Counted from the whole stretch's first letter, positions 36,180-49,688 are shown. The stretch: 60,707 bases of DNA, filler included, from Basidioascus undulatus (GCA_000826855.1; 11 parts of 11 records of this genome joined end to end with filler, not necessarily neighbours in it); one strand, 5' to 3'. The notes: generated by a model from the letters alone, not told the origin. A program made the numbers and translations.

Positions 36180-37912
36180 TCACTCCGCTTTCTTCCCCTT
36201 CTTAGCCCTCCCCGTGCCCACCGCTGCCTTCTTCCCAACCTTCTCCACCGCCGACGAGCTGCGGAGCTTCCTCCCCTCCTTCACATCCTTCTTCTTCTCC
36301 GCCACGCTCTTGGCCGCTTTCTTCTTGCCCCCCGCCGCCGCCGCACCAAGCACCACCGTCTCCTCCTCGTCGCCCTCGAGCTCATCTGACGCGGCCGCAG
36401 GCGCAGCAGCGAGGGAAGTCGTCTCCTCCTCCGCGGGGGGTGCCTCGGCAGGCGAGGAACCCGCAGCGGCGCGCGCAGCCTTCTTGGACGTCTTAGACTT
36501 CTTCACGGGCGCGGCGGTGGTGAGCGCGCCGTCCGCGTTCGGCGCAGGCGCGTCCACGGCATCCTCCTCGACGGGGGCGAAACCCTGCGCGGCGGCAGCC
36601 TTGCGCACTGCGGCTTTGTCCTTCTTCGCGGACGAGGGGCGGATCGGTGTAGGCTGGACGGGGAGGTCGTCGGACGGGGGCGGGGCGTCGCTGCGGGCAG
36701 GAGTGGGGGGCACCGCCTTCTCCGCGGCCTTCTCGGCCTTCTTCGCCTTCTTCGCGGCCTTCTTGCTCACGCCCGCCTCGCCCTCGCCCTCGGCCTTGCG
36801 CTTCGGCGCGGCGCCCTCGGGGAGGACGAAGCGCTCCTCGGGGGAGCAGGTCCACAGCGGGAGCGACGCGGACGAGGTCGTCTTGAGGTGCAGGGACTGG
36901 ACGTTCGTCCATTGGCCTCGGATTGCCGGGATGATGGAGGGCAGGGCGGAGGAGAGGTTGGCGAGGATCTGGGACGCGCTGTGCGACGCGGAGGAGATCT
37001 TGATGGTCCTGTTTCGAGGGAGAGGGTGAAAAGGGTGTGAGAAGGGGAGATGTAAATGAGAGAGGAGGGTAAGAACAACGCACATGCAGGTACCCTTGGT
37101 GTGCTGGAGGTAGGTAGACGAGACAGCGCGCTCGAGCTCGGCCTTGAGGTCGTTCACCGTGAGGTCGACGGGGATAGGTTGCCTGTCGGCGCGCCACTCC
37201 ATCAGTCCCGCATTCCAACCCTTACAAATCTCAAACCCCGCACTCACTTCTTGCCCAGCGCATCACGGCCCAGCAAGCTCGGGAGGAGGCGGACGACGCG
37301 CTTATCGGCGAGGAAGACCTCGTTCTCCGCGAGGAGCGCGCGGCGGGCCTCGAACTGCTTGAACTTGCCCTTGAGCTTCTCGACGCCGACGACGCGGCTG
37401 ACAAACTTGACCTTCTTAGCCTCAAGCAGGTCCTTGTACTCGCGCTGCGGGTCCTTGGAGATCAGGCAGATCGGCGTCGTGCGCGGGTCGTAGAGCGGGT
37501 GGGCGATGGGACTGCCGAGGGGGATTCAGTTCAACGTGTGCAACGGTTTGGGAATGTGAAAGTGTGCATTTAGACGGTAAGGAAGGAAGAAAGAGACGCA
37601 CACTCGGACAGGCTTGACGCGCATCTCAGCGGTCATGGTCTTGAGCCCAACGACGAGCAAGACGTACTCGTCCCTGCTGACGAGCTCCGTCTCCTCGCGC
37701 TTCGCCTGCGCCTTCGCATGGTGCGCCACGAGCGCCGCGATGGCCTTCTCCGCCTGCGGGACGGCAACCCGGGACGCGATCGTCTCTACCGGCTTGGGCG
37801 CGGCGGGGACAGCAGCCTTGGGCGTCGCACCGGTGGCGGCTGCCTTGGACTTTTTGCCGGCGGACTTGGGCGTGCCCACTGCAGGGATCTTGGAGGGCGT
37901 CGACTTGGCCAT
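36180..37912 (-). CDS. Ribosomal protein L1-domain ribosome biogenesis protein (RSL1D1/Cic1/Utp30-like)
   Basis: PIAHPLYDPRTTPICLISKDPQREYKDLL, VVGVEKLKGKFKQFEARRALL, FLADKRVVRLLPSLLG, WTNVQSLHLKTTSSASLPLW, then a Lys/Ala-rich tail. Three introns. Confidence 0.92.
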
Positions 37913-38660
37913 TGCGGGTGTGCGGAGCGCGATGAGCAAGACGAGCGAAAGGGTGAATGTGAGAAAGGAAGACGCAGGCAACGACACCGACGAAATCTTT
38001 GGGAGCGGCAGGCATTTGCTTCCGGCCTAAGCGCCGATGGGACAGTATTCACTTTGGCCGATATTCTCGATAGGTCGTGACTGCGAAGACTACAACACTC
38101 TGCAGTTGTGTCTTCTGATACACGGCATAAAAATGGGCAATGGAAGTACAAAAAGATAGGTATTATTCATCCCAAACACAGAACTCAGCGCCTACGGGCC
38201 TTCAAACCACCATGCCGGGGAGCTGGGGTTCGACCACTTGGTGATTAACTGCTGCCGTTCAACAAGCACTCCGGTAAGATCTGATTTTGTTGCTCAGATA
38301 CTAGTGGAAATTTATTGAATGCCAATGTATTCCACCAGAACCAACAGTGACAGATTCGCGGCTTGCCAAAGCCTGAATGGCACTGCTCCAGTCCGGTCAC
38401 TACCCGCCACTGCCACATTGTTCGTCTTTCTATGTCTTTGCATATCTTGAGGGCTTCTCAATGTACTCAAGGCAGCTGGAAGGGCTTATTGATTTTCTGA
38501 AAGTCTAAGAGACGTTTCGAGTGGCACTGCGTCGACGCATCACGTAGGCAGACAGCTTCTAGAGCTGAGTAGTGCTCGGGCCAAGGCTGACATAGTAGTC
38601 TTCCTAAATTGGTTTGTTCAGATTTCAAGTTCAAAAAAGCTAACAGAAACCGTCTTGATA

Positions 38661-38760
38661 NNNNNNNNNNNNNNNNNNNNNNNNNNNNNNNNNNNNNNNN
38701 NNNNTTAATTAATTAANNNNNNNNNNNNNNNNNNNNNNNNNNNNNNNNNNNNNNNNNNNN
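38661..38760. other. Artificial contig-joining spacer
   Basis: N44-TTAATTAATTAA-N44. Confidence 0.98.
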
Positions 38761-39980
38761 GGCGGAGCGCAAGGCGGAGCGCAAGGCGGAGCCGTCGAAG
38801 GACAAGAAGAAGAAGGCGGGGCCGGGGGCGGAGGGCGCGGCGGGGCCGGCAGAGCCCGCTGCGGCTGCGAAGGAGGAGGGCAAGGGCAAGAAGGAGGAGG
38901 GCAAGAAGGAGGAGGGCAAGAAGGAGGGCAAGAAGGAGAAGAAGGAGAAGAAGGAGAAGGCCGCGGGTGGCCAGGGCCAGGGTAGTCAAGGCAAGGGCAA
39001 GGGCACCGCGGCTGTTCCGGAGGTGCGCAATCTCTCAACTGCCTCTCCATCCCTACTGCACCATCCTATCTCTTCACATTCGACCTCATATTATGCGCTC
39101 TGACGCTGTGACATGTGCCGCAGGTCCCCATCCCGTCAATGATCGACCTCCGTGTGGGCAAGATTGTCGAGGTCGCGCGTCACCCGGACGCCGACTCGCT
39201 GTACGTCGAGCAGATCGACCTCGCGGAGCCCACCGGTCCGCGCACGGTCGTCTCTGGGCTCGTCAAGTACATCCCGATCGAGGAGATGCGCGACCGGCTG
39301 ATCATCGTCGTGGTACGTACTGCTACCCCTTTCGCTCTCCATCTTCCCACATTGCCCTCCCATTGTGTTGCAGTAGCTGACTGGGAATGTCTTCCGCAGT
39401 GCAACCTAAAGCCGGCCAACATGCGCGGCGTCAAGTCGCACGCGATGGTGCTCTGCGCATCGGCGAAGGAGGGCAAGGAGGGCGCGGACGGCGGCGTCGA
39501 GTTTGTGAAACCCCCGCCGGGAAGCCAGCCGGGCGACCGCGTCTTTTTTGAGGGCTTTGAGGGTATGATGTGCCTTCACAGCCGTTCAAAAGTCGCAAGG
39601 GAGATGAGCTAATGGAGGTTGGCACTGCCGCGGCGCGTCGGCACAGACCAGCAGGCACTTGAGCAGCTTCCGCCGAAGAAGAAGGTACGCTTGCTCCACA
39701 TTCACGTCTTCCCTGGCAACTAAGCTAAACCCTTGCCTCCAACAGATTTTCGAGACTATCCAGGTACGCCTTCCTTCTGCACACGCGTTCTTACTTCTCC
39801 CTCGTGTTCTGACCCTTACACACTCTCCCCTCTCCCTTTCTCCGTGTTCAGCCCGGCTTCACCACCCTCGACACATACGACGCCGTGTGGGTCAACCCCG
39901 AAAACGGCAAGGCCCACGCGATCGTCACCGCCAAGGGCCCCTGCCGCGCGACGCGGTTCAAGGGCGCCAGCCTGTCCTGA
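38761..39980 (+). CDS. ARC1: Aminoacyl-tRNA synthetase cofactor Arc1/AIMP1-like (tRNA-binding OB fold), 5' truncated
   Basis: Lys/Glu linker, then [29 protein letters not shown]...[46 protein letters not shown]...KGASLS*. Confidence 0.92.
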
Positions 39981-40249
39981 GCGGGAGGGGAGGGGAGGAC
40001 AGGGGGGTGATAGAGGTTGGGCGAGGTTGGCGGCGGCGGGCCATGCACGCTCGGTTTCTTGCATGCTGGCTTGGCTGTGGCGTGAGTTCGAGTTCTTTAT
40101 GTTGTCAGTCGCGTTGCCATGTGCATTGGAAGCTGGAAGTATGCAGATGTCGTTGAGATGCAGCTTCGCGAGCTTTACGTGCACAGGCAAAATAAAAGGC
40201 AGAAAAGCAATGCATAGGGAAAGTGGACCTCAATCATTCCTTCGCGTTA

Positions 40250-41100
40250 TCCTATCGCCCGGCCTATTCACGATCCTCAGCCGGATCCAGGCGAAGTGTG
40301 TTCCCCTTTCGTCCTCGAAACAGATCCCGCAGCGCCCCAGCTTGATGCTCATTCCCACCGCCCAACCTACGGCGGCATCATCCCCCAGCTCCTCCCTCCC
40401 CCGTCAAACTGCGGGATGCGCCGAAGATCAAAGTGACGATCGCAAGCCATTGAGGACGTAAAGTAACAAGAAGATCAACTAACCCCTCCACTGCGACGCG
40501 ATAACGCGGAGCCGGATCAGGTAAATCGAGATTCAGCGAGGTCAGCGTCGGTGGGATCGAGTGTACGAAGTCGACCTCAGGTAGGTGTGGATTGAGTCGG
40601 AGGGTAAGCCCTTCGAGATTCGAACAATGTGCGAGAACGCTGGCCAGGCTGGTGTGAGCATCGCAGATACTGATGTAGAGCTCTTCTAGCTGTTGACCAT
40701 ATCGGAAGCAGAACCCTTCCAGGCGCTGGGGCGTCTCCGTCCAGAGAGAGAACGCCAAGGCAGTGAGTGCCGGAAACTGCTATGGAGATCCAGAGGCATC
40801 CCCGCAACTGATGTGCCATACTAAGCGAAAAGTCGAGGCCCTCCAAAAGCGGAAGACGGGTTACAGGCGGGCCCGAGCCCGAGCGAGCTAGCAGGCGAAG
40901 CTGCCGAGTCCGGGAGCATTGAAAGACGAGAAAGACGTTCGCCTGGGAATCAAGCTTCGCATGGAGCAAGTCGAGATCGCAATTTCGCATCAGAGCGTCC
41001 AAGACTCTGATGCCTATTCGAATTGTAGGAGCATCGTCCTGTTGCCCGGACGTTACGCAAGAAGTTAGACCGGGGAGCAGCCCGACGATCGAGGGCACCT
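40250..41100 (-). pseudogene. RNI-like/LRR (F-box-associated) gene remnant
   Basis: LPLLEGLDF, FPALTALAF, YGQQLEELYI, VLAHCSNLEGLTL and PPTLTSLNL lie in two frames joined by a frameshift near 40780. Confidence 0.55.
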
Positions 41101-41735
41101 GGCTCCCGTTGCTTGCCTTCCCCCATCATCATCACGTCGTCATCTCCATCCCCAGGCATGTTCATTGACTTCGACATCCTCAATTCCTACCACCGAAGGC
41201 GTGCCTTCCCTCGCCCTTTCCTGATCCGCACAGCCACGGCCGGCTTGCTGCTCGGCTGCGCGCTCACTGGTCCTTGCATTTGGGCTGTGCAACACTTCGT
41301 CACTAGCATGCCGACAAAGGTAGAGAGGGATGACATTAATTTGCATGTGTGGGCTCCTTCCTGGAGCTATTTTCCTGTTCTTGGGCGTTACGGATCTTGT
41401 AGCGGTCTGTTACGGTGAGTGCAGTGCTGTAGCCTGTGTAGTCGCGAGTGAGTTGTTGGGCTGTACTAATTCACTATTGCTATGCAGCACCATGGCTTGT
41501 GAATTGGTGAGATATCTTTGGCCGCAAGTCTATGAGGTTGCACCGAAGTTCTGGTGTACCCCTTCTGACTACTTTTGGAGCGTATACCAACAGGCCTCAG
41601 GCAATGCTCGTACTCTCCGTAGCCAGCAATGCATGGCCGTTGGCCTCGGGGTGGTTCTCATGATGTTATACTTACGGAGGTAAAGCCAGCATTCTGTATA
41701 ATAAGGCCTTCCAATCTTACATCTTCGTGTCATAG

Positions 41736-42119
41736 TACATCACTCGCCCCTTCCCTCTGGACGTCCTGCGCATCATCCTGATCTACTACTTCACACTCAC
41801 CGACGCCGACAATGCGCCTATCTCCCTCGCGCCCCTCCTCGTCTGCAAGACCTTTTACAGGTTCGGCGTCCGCCTAACATACCTTTACCCCGTCATCTCG
41901 ACCCCTCGAAGCCAGCGCCTTCTCCCAACGCAGGTGTGCCGGGCCCGCCGGCTCGAAAGCTTGTGCATTGAGCGCGCGCGGGTAGTGATACGCAGCGGTG
42001 AACTCCACCACTTCCTACAAGCGCTCTGCCTTTTTGGGCGCTTGACCTGCGTTTCGGGCATGAGAGGGTTGTGGCTGAGTCTTGGAAGGGGAAGGAGAGG
42101 GAGGAATGGGTTGGGGTGA
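41736..42119 (+). pseudogene. F-box-like family member related to the 29.9-33.1 kb copies
   Basis: PFPLDVLRIILIYYF...PISLAPLLVCKTFYRFGVRLTY in an open frame, with no clean start and an early stop. Confidence 0.6.
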
Positions 42120-43613
42120 TTTGTGGCTTGCTCGCTTCCGATATCTAAGAGCTCTCTGTCAATTGTGCTGTTATGTTCGGCACACAGGTCATTTTTCTTC
42201 TCTTGACGTATTCGTCGACACTATGATATTTCATCTTCGGCTGCGACCCTCACTGCGGTTTTTTTTTCGTGGGTTGGGTCCTTGGGGAGAGGATGTTGGT
42301 AGATCCATGTATTCGACCTCTCCCTTCAGAGGTTAACGGTGGTCGTGCGTAACGCGGCAGTTGGGGGAGATGGCCAGGGCAGATGTGATCGAGTTGAGGA
42401 AGAGGGCAAAGGCAGAGGTGGTGGACTTTCGGGTGACTGCGTCAATCCCCGAGGGCTCGCACATGAGTAATGCGATGGAGGAGGCGAGGAGGCGGGATGG
42501 CTTTATGCATCTGATTGGTGACCAAGCTGGGATAACAGGATGCCTGTCCACAGTTGCTGAGTTGTCATCGGTGCTTTGGCACGGCCACTGGAACAGCAAT
42601 TTCAAGAGGGCATCTTACTTAGACCCACTGTCAAGCAGCCGCTGTGTTGAAGACCAGCCTTTGGCTTTATTCCAAGAGGAAACGAAGGAGAACTTCAAAA
42701 AGAATAAAAAATGCCGAAGAGCAGAGGCCTTTTCGACGGATACGCAGTTCTGCCCCAGCTCGTTTCACTCTCGGATTCTCTCGTTCGGGTCTGTCAAGCT
42801 CATGGCAGCAGGCTTACTCTACTCCATCTTGTGGTATTGAAGCTAATTTGGGACTTTTCTAGCACGAGAGCAACTACAAAGCTGAGTACTCGCCCAGTAG
42901 AGCGGTGCTGCCGTCGCTCTAACAAGCCGGCGTTGTGCAGAATCCTGGATCGCAGAGGATAATACATCACATGATTTTTTTACTACTTTTTGTGGTATAC
43001 CCGTGTTCCTTTGCTTTAGGGAAGTCCAGCTATATGTCGCGTAGTTTATCATGTCGATGAGTCCTCACTGCGCAGTGCGATCGTTGATGTTCTGTTCGCT
43101 AAACAACGGGAGTGACTGCAAGCCCCTTGAGTATTCACATTTCACATTCCCAGTACACCACCTTATGGCCTGAGCACTGCAGGCAGCGGCCCTCATTGCA
43201 CTGAGAATGGGGTGCCCAGTGCCGGCAGCCCGTTAAACACGCTGTTTCAAGGATTTTCTTCAGTTGTGCGTGTGGCATGCTTCCCTAGTCAATGGCACAG
43301 CTTCTTTGACGGAACACGCTTACCTTTCACAAAGTAACGCAGCCACAGTGTGTTCGTTTGCAGCTGTATGTCAATTCGCAGCGAGAGAAAGGAAAAATGG
43401 CATTGACACCCCGGCCAGGCACAAGCACGTGCAGCTGTCGCGCTGGTGTCCCTTGCCTGTCGACGCCCTTTTGCTCCTGCTCATCACCTCCATCCGTCCA
43501 TCTCGCGGCTTCCACGGTTCCTACAAGTCCTAAAAAGGGAGAGGACTTCACTGTCGCTCAGCCCACCCGCAGCGAGTCTGTAAATACTGTTCGTACGAGG
43601 TAGACCTCCAAAA

Positions 43614-44175
43614 GTGCGTCTCATCTCGACCTACGCTGATCGTCGCCACTGTCGTGCTGATCCCTTCCCCTCTCTGACAGTGGGCCGCACCCTGCTCTCC
43701 AACAAATTCGTTGCTCCCTCCCCTCCTCCCGCCCCTCCTCCGCATCCCCTCCCCGCCGCACTCAGGCGCCACAAGCCGTTCACGCTCGCGGAGCTCGCGG
43801 CTGAGGACGACGGCTTCCCCGCTGGCCGTCGCAACCTGCGCACCGGCGCGCTCCAGTTCATGTGGGATGCGTTCGTCGATTGCGCACCGCGTTTGAGCCC
43901 CGCGCACCTGGCGTACGAGATGGAGGATGAGGAGGACGATGCGTGTGGGGAGGAGGACGAGGAGGACGCGGAGGGGGAGCTGTTCCCTGAGGCTTGGACG
44001 ATCATTCGTAACGGGATGGAAGTCCCTGGTGATGATGAGGTGCGTCCAACGTCTTTCGTTACGAGCAACCATTGGTTGAGGCTGAGATTCGGCGGCGGAC
44101 AGGATGACGAGCCGGAGGAGGACCGCGAGTCGCACCGCGACGCCCGACCCCTCTTTCCCTCTCTCGAGCTCCCCA
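43614..44175 (+). CDS. Hypothetical protein with Pro-rich and acidic tracts, 3' truncated
   Basis: Coding-biased frame (KPFTLAEL...LQFMWDAFVDC...EDEEDDA) with splice sites at 43680 and ~44040. Confidence 0.55.
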
Positions 44176-44275
44176 NNNNNNNNNNNNNNNNNNNNNNNNN
44201 NNNNNNNNNNNNNNNNNNNTTAATTAATTAANNNNNNNNNNNNNNNNNNNNNNNNNNNNNNNNNNNNNNNNNNNN
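44176..44275. other. Artificial contig-joining spacer
   Basis: N44-TTAATTAATTAA-N44. Confidence 0.98.
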
Positions 44276-44842
44276 CGCCCCTCCCCGGCCAGCCGCCCGC
44301 TGGTGCCGTCCCGCCCCGCCCGGCGGGCGTCCCCGTCCGTCCTGGCCAGCAGCCCGGTGGCTACAAGCTCAACCAGGGCGTCCGCAACGCCGGCCCCGGG
44401 CCTGGCCCCGCCGTCGAGGGCCCGCCCGTCCTGACCGCGTCGGCTCTTGCCAACGCGGCCCCTGCCGAGCAGAAGCAGATGCTCGGCGAGGCCCTCTACC
44501 CCAAGATCTTCGCGTACGTTCCCTAATCGCTGTCGCTGTTGACATTGCGCGGAGTCTTACCTCTTACCGACCGGTTTCTCAATGTTCCAGCTTCGAGGCT
44601 GACCTCGCCGGCAAGATCACGGGTATGCTCCTGGAAATGGAGAACTCGGAGCTCCTCCACCTCCTCGAGAACGATGAGGCGCTCAAGTTGAAGGTCGACG
44701 AGGCCATCGCTGTGCTCAACGTGAGTCGGTTGCTTTCCGTGCGAACCGCGGACCTTATGGCTGACGTTCGCGTGTATGATTGCAGGAGTACAACTCTGCC
44801 GCGCCCGCCGAGGGCGAGGCCCCCGCTCCGGCGGAGGCTTAA
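44276..44842 (+). CDS. PAB1: Poly(A)-binding protein, C-terminal MLLE/PABC domain
   Basis: [21 protein letters not shown]|...[41 protein letters not shown]...EA* (TAA 44840-44842). Confidence 0.96.
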
Positions 44843-45672
44843 GGTCTCTTATGTTTCGTTGGCCATAAGCGGGGTGGCTGAGGGGAGCCTATGTCTTGTT
44901 CTCTACTTTCTCGCTTTCTGGTGGTCTAAGTCTGTACGGGGGGCTTATGTACACCTACGCTAGACTGGGGCGCGAGTACGCGACGCGCTCGAGGGGTATG
45001 ATATGCTTTCCGTCTACTTTTATTGTGTGCTTGTCTGCGTTTCAAGGAACCTGGGTGGTCGTAGAAAGACATCGTCCTTTTCACCACAAGCGACTTGCAG
45101 GACCTCTAGAAGGGCGATAACGAACATGAAAGCGGACGCAACCCGCAGCATGTCACGTTGCGCAAGCCGTTGCGCCATCGGCCACTCCTTCTTCCCTTTA
45201 CCCCTGTTTCACCCCTTGTTCGCATCAAGTGAAGGTCACCTGAGCACCTATGAGCGGTTGAGCCCTGAAAACGAAGCGAAAATGCAGATGGGAAGCAGAT
45301 AGGTCATTTCAAGAATGCATTCAAGCGTGCCAAGGCAGCAGGCGCGAGGCTCACGCGCGATGAGACTCTGAGACAGGCACGTCGTTCAGACCGATCACCG
45401 CGAGACCATCTCCGTCCTCCGGCCTGCCTCCGCGATGAGCATATTGGCTCTTACCTTCCACCGCCTTTACCCCGGATCACTACCATCGTCGCTCTGGACA
45501 GCACCGCCCGCATCGTCCCCGCCGCCCACCAGGCAGCCAGAACCCCTCCCCGACGCGCTTGGGCGTCCGGCTTCAGTGCCACCCGTTCAGCCGGCATCTC
45601 CCCTTTCGACCAAGTCTTCCGCGCACAACGATCAATCTCCCCTCCTACTCTACCGGCCTCCTCACTTCTGTC

Positions 45673-48600
45673 ATGACGGTCTTGAAGAATACCGTGTTCG
45701 CAGCGACGGCGGCGCTCCAGAAGCGTGCGGGGGAGGGCGTGCTGCAGGGGTCCAATCCGGCTCACTTCAATGCTGCGGTGCGTCTCGTTCCAATGATGTT
45801 GTCGGAGGCATGGGATGCTGAGTGCGGGTGGGCATACAGAACCCCATCACGCTCTTGTTCGTCCCCCGAGCTCCTATCGAGTCGCACTGTCGCTGGGATG
45901 CTGACAAGTTTCACACGAACAGCATCATCCAGGCGTCGTTCATCATCATCTTCACCCGCATCCTGGGTTTCTTCCTCCAAAAGATCCGCCAGCCGCGCGT
46001 GATCGCTGAGGTCGTGGGCGGCATCATCCTCGGGCCGACGGTCATGGGCCGGATACCGCACTTCACCGAGAATATCTTCCCGAGCCCGAGTCTGCCCTAT
46101 CTCAACCTCGTGTCCACGATCGGTGCGTCCCCATCTTGGTTCAGACTGGCCGCGAGATCTTGAGCTCACACCATGATGGATGTCCAGGTCTTGTGCTGTT
46201 TCTCTTCCTCGTCGGGCTCGAGGTCGACCTCCGCGTCGTGAAGAAGAACGCCAAGGCGAGCGCTTTGATCTCGTCGATCGGCATGGTCCTGCCGTTCGGC
46301 GCCGGTGCCGCTGTCGGCGTCGGGCTCTACCGCGAGTTCATCAACGAGGACGAAGTCTCGTTCGGGCACTTCCTCCTGTTTATTGGTGTCGCTATGAGCG
46401 TACGTCGGACCTAATCCAGTAGCGTAGATGTCGGCACGCTGACCTTCGAGCTGCACAGATTACCGCCTTCCCGGTGCTCTGCCGCATCTTGACCGAACTC
46501 AAGCTCCTCGAGACGCCCGTCGGCGTGGTCGTCCTCTCCGCCGGCGTCGGCAACGATGTCGTTGGCTGGATCCTGCTCGCTTTGACTGTCGCGCTCGTCA
46601 ACGCTGGGCAGGGCATTACGGCGCTCTACATCCTCTTGGTCGCGGTGCGTCCCCAATAATGCCCGGAGGTCGACTTGAGACCGGAGACTAATATGCGCTC
46701 GCGTGAATCAGGTCGGCTGGACGCTCGTGCTCATATTCGCGGTTCGCCCGGCGTTCATCTGGCTCGCGCGCCGCAGCGGCAGTCTGGACGGTCAAGGGCC
46801 TACCCAAGGCGTCATGACCATCGCTATCCTCCTCGTGTTCGTCTCGGCGTTCGTGACGGATATCATCGGTACGTCAACATCCTTCTACCATCCCTGCGCT
46901 GTTACGTTGACAATGGCTTCGACAGGCGTGCACCCGATTTTCGGCGGCTTCCTGGTGGGCGTTATCATGCCGCACGAGGGCGGGTTTGCCATCATCATGG
47001 CTGAGAAGATCGAGGATATCGTGTCTATCCTCTTCCTTCCTATCGTACGCCACAATTCATCCCCTTTTCTTGCTGGTAGGTCTTGTCTGACCGGCCCTTG
47101 CGCTTGACAGTACTTCGCCCTCTCCGGTCTGCGAACCAACCTCGGCCTGCTCGACGACGGCATCGTCTGGGCGTACACCATTCTCGTCATCGCTGTCGCG
47201 TTCGCCTCAAAGTTCGGCGGATGCGCGCTGACGGCCAACGCGTGCCGTTTCAACTGGCGCGAGAGCTTGGCGATCGTGCGTAGTCCAGATATTCCTCAAC
47301 TTTGGCAAAGGCTTACCTTGAGATTTGCAAGGGCACTCTGATGTCCTGCAAGGGTTTGGTCGAGCTCATCGTGCTCAACATCGGTCTTCAAGCCGTGCGT
47401 TCACAACCGCTTCGATCGCCAGCTCGGAACGCAGAAGCTGATAGTTGTGCTGCTCGTGCAGGGTATCCTCGATGATCGCGTTTTCGCGCTCATGGTCCTC
47501 ATGGCGCTTGCGACGACCTTCCTCACGACGCCGCTCACTGTACGCCTTTCCTCTGCCCCTTGCAGCTGAGCTGAACCCCGCTTACCGAATCGCTCTTGCA
47601 CAGCTTTGGGCATACCCCCCTCAGCATCGCAAGCCCCTTAGCCTCAGCAACAAGGTGGCGGAGAAGGACGCCGAGAGCGGCTCCACGAGTCCGGACAACG
47701 GCGCTCGCGGCCGCGCGCGCACGAACAAGTTCCTCCTCGTCCTGCAGAAGATGGACCACGTGCCCGCCCTGATGCACTTCGTGGAGCTCCTCCGCTCCTC
47801 CTCATCCTCATCCGACGCTGGCGCCGAGATCGCGCTCGCCAAGGACAAGAAGGAGAAGCGCCGCTCGTCGCTATCCGCGCGTCCGTCCCGTCGGCAGACG
47901 GTTACAGTCGACGCTCTCAGGCTGATCGAGCTGACGGAGCGTACCTCGGTCGTCATGAAGTGAGGCAGTCTCATAGAACTTCTAGAGGCGCAGTTGCTGA
48001 CAACGTCGTCGTCCTGCCAGGTCCTCGGAGGGCATCATCGCCCGCGTCGACCCCATCCTCAACATCTTCACGACCTTCGGTCGGCTCAACCGCATCCCCG
48101 TCTCGCCCGCGCTCAGCATAGTCAACCAGGATAGCTTCTCGGACACCGTCGTCGAGCGCGCGGATGAGGTCGGCGCCGAACTCGTGGTCGTCCCTTGGAG
48201 CACGGCTGCTGCGTCCGCGAATGCCGCTGCGCTGGAAGACGCTACGGGAGCGCCGGGTGCCTCGAGCAACCCCTTCGATTCCATCTTCGCCGGCTCCGGC
48301 TCGTCGCCCCGCTACTCGCACTTCCTGCGGCGGGTCCTCGCCGACTCGCAGGCGTCCGTCGCCATCTTCATCGACCGCGGCTTCGGCTCGGGTGACGTCA
48401 ACTGGGAGGGGCAGCACATCTTCTTGCCCTTCTTCGTTCGTCCCGACTTCATCCCGATCGCTATCTCAGATCGAGCTAATTTCTTTCCCTCATTCGAACA
48501 GGGTGGTCCCGACGACCGCGCCGCGCTCGCGCTTTGCATCCAGTTCTGCGCTCGCCCGGGCGTTTCGGCCACGATCGTGCGCGTTCAGCGCGGAGAGGAG

Positions 48601-49237
48601 GAGACCCCGGAGTCGCAGCTCTCCAAGGTCCGTACGGATCTCAGCTCCGACGCGCCTACGCGGGCGAGCGACTGCAGCGCCGCCGCCGCTATGCAATCAC
48701 TCGGCGCTGCGCACTACCAGCTCACGACTGCTTCCGTACGTCGCGTCCTTCGCTTTTTGTGGCGTGTCTGTGGTCCATGCGAGCTCACCGTATGATGTTG
48801 CCTTGTTCCAGGCGAGTGCGTTCCCCGACACAATCTACGGCCAGCAGTCGACGCAGCAGCGCCTCGCGTCCGACACGGCGGACAACCTCGCCTGGGAGCA
48901 CTTCTCCTCTCGCTCCTCCTCCTTCGCCTCGCTCGACGTCACCTTCGCCGACCTGCGCACGCCCAGGCCGCTCGCGGACGCGCTCAAGCGCGCAACGGAA
49001 ATCTCGACGCCGGCGACGCGCCCCGTGCTCGTCGTCGTCGGCCGCGGGCGCAAGCTCGCGTCCGAGTCACACCGCGAGGAGATCGCGAGCCTGCTCGCTG
49101 CCGTGCCGCAGAACGCGGTCGGGACCGAGGTGCGCAAGACGATCGGCGACCCCGCGACGGCGTTCCTCATCGGCTCGAACAAGAGCCTGCTCGTCGTCCA
49201 GGCTGGACCGCGCGCGCCGGACGTCACGCTCGAATAA
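45673..49237 (+). CDS. KHA1: K+/H+ antiporter (CPA2/CHX family)
   Basis: [105 protein letters not shown]. More than 12 introns. Confidence 0.95.
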
Positions 49238-49688
49238 TCCGGATCGGATGGAGCACGATACGATACGATTATATCTACGAATCACAATGACATTCCACGA
49301 TCGCATAGCATTCCGCACATATCTCTCGCGCATAATCCAAGTATCCCGCTGCAGTTTCTTCGCCTTCGCTCTACTGTTGTTCCTTTTCTCGTCGATTGTT
49401 CGGTTTAGCTTCGGAACATTATTGTACTCTACGCTGCTCTTTTCCAGTCATCACTCGCATTTGTTCAGGACTCTTCGTGTCCAGCGTCGTACTCTTGCTA
49501 TGTGCTTGGCGAGCTCTGCGAAACAAACCCAGGCAGGCCGCCGTCGAGCCCAACCTCGCGGCCATCAAGGACGCGTCCATTGGCACTGGACCGGCTTTCA
49601 ACAAGCTGGACTTCAAGATGTGGAAGGAGCGCGGGATCGATTTTACCCAGCAGTCGAACGCTGCGTTTCTCATTGACCCTTCATCAGT

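Noticed and set aside
38210..38250. tRNA or SINE (GGTTCGACC B-box-like)
   Set aside because: No cloverleaf stems, A-box or terminator.
38870..38960. GAGGGCAAGAAG tandem repeats
   Set aside because: This is the Lys/Glu-rich coding linker of Arc1, ordinary low complexity.
42361..43050. Transposase or gene in the 159-aa ORF
   Set aside because: No recognisable motif, weak coding bias and many stops downstream; a call cannot be supported.
36180..44842. Apparent translation gene cluster (L1-domain, ARC1, PAB1)
   Set aside because: The genes lie on different contigs joined artificially.
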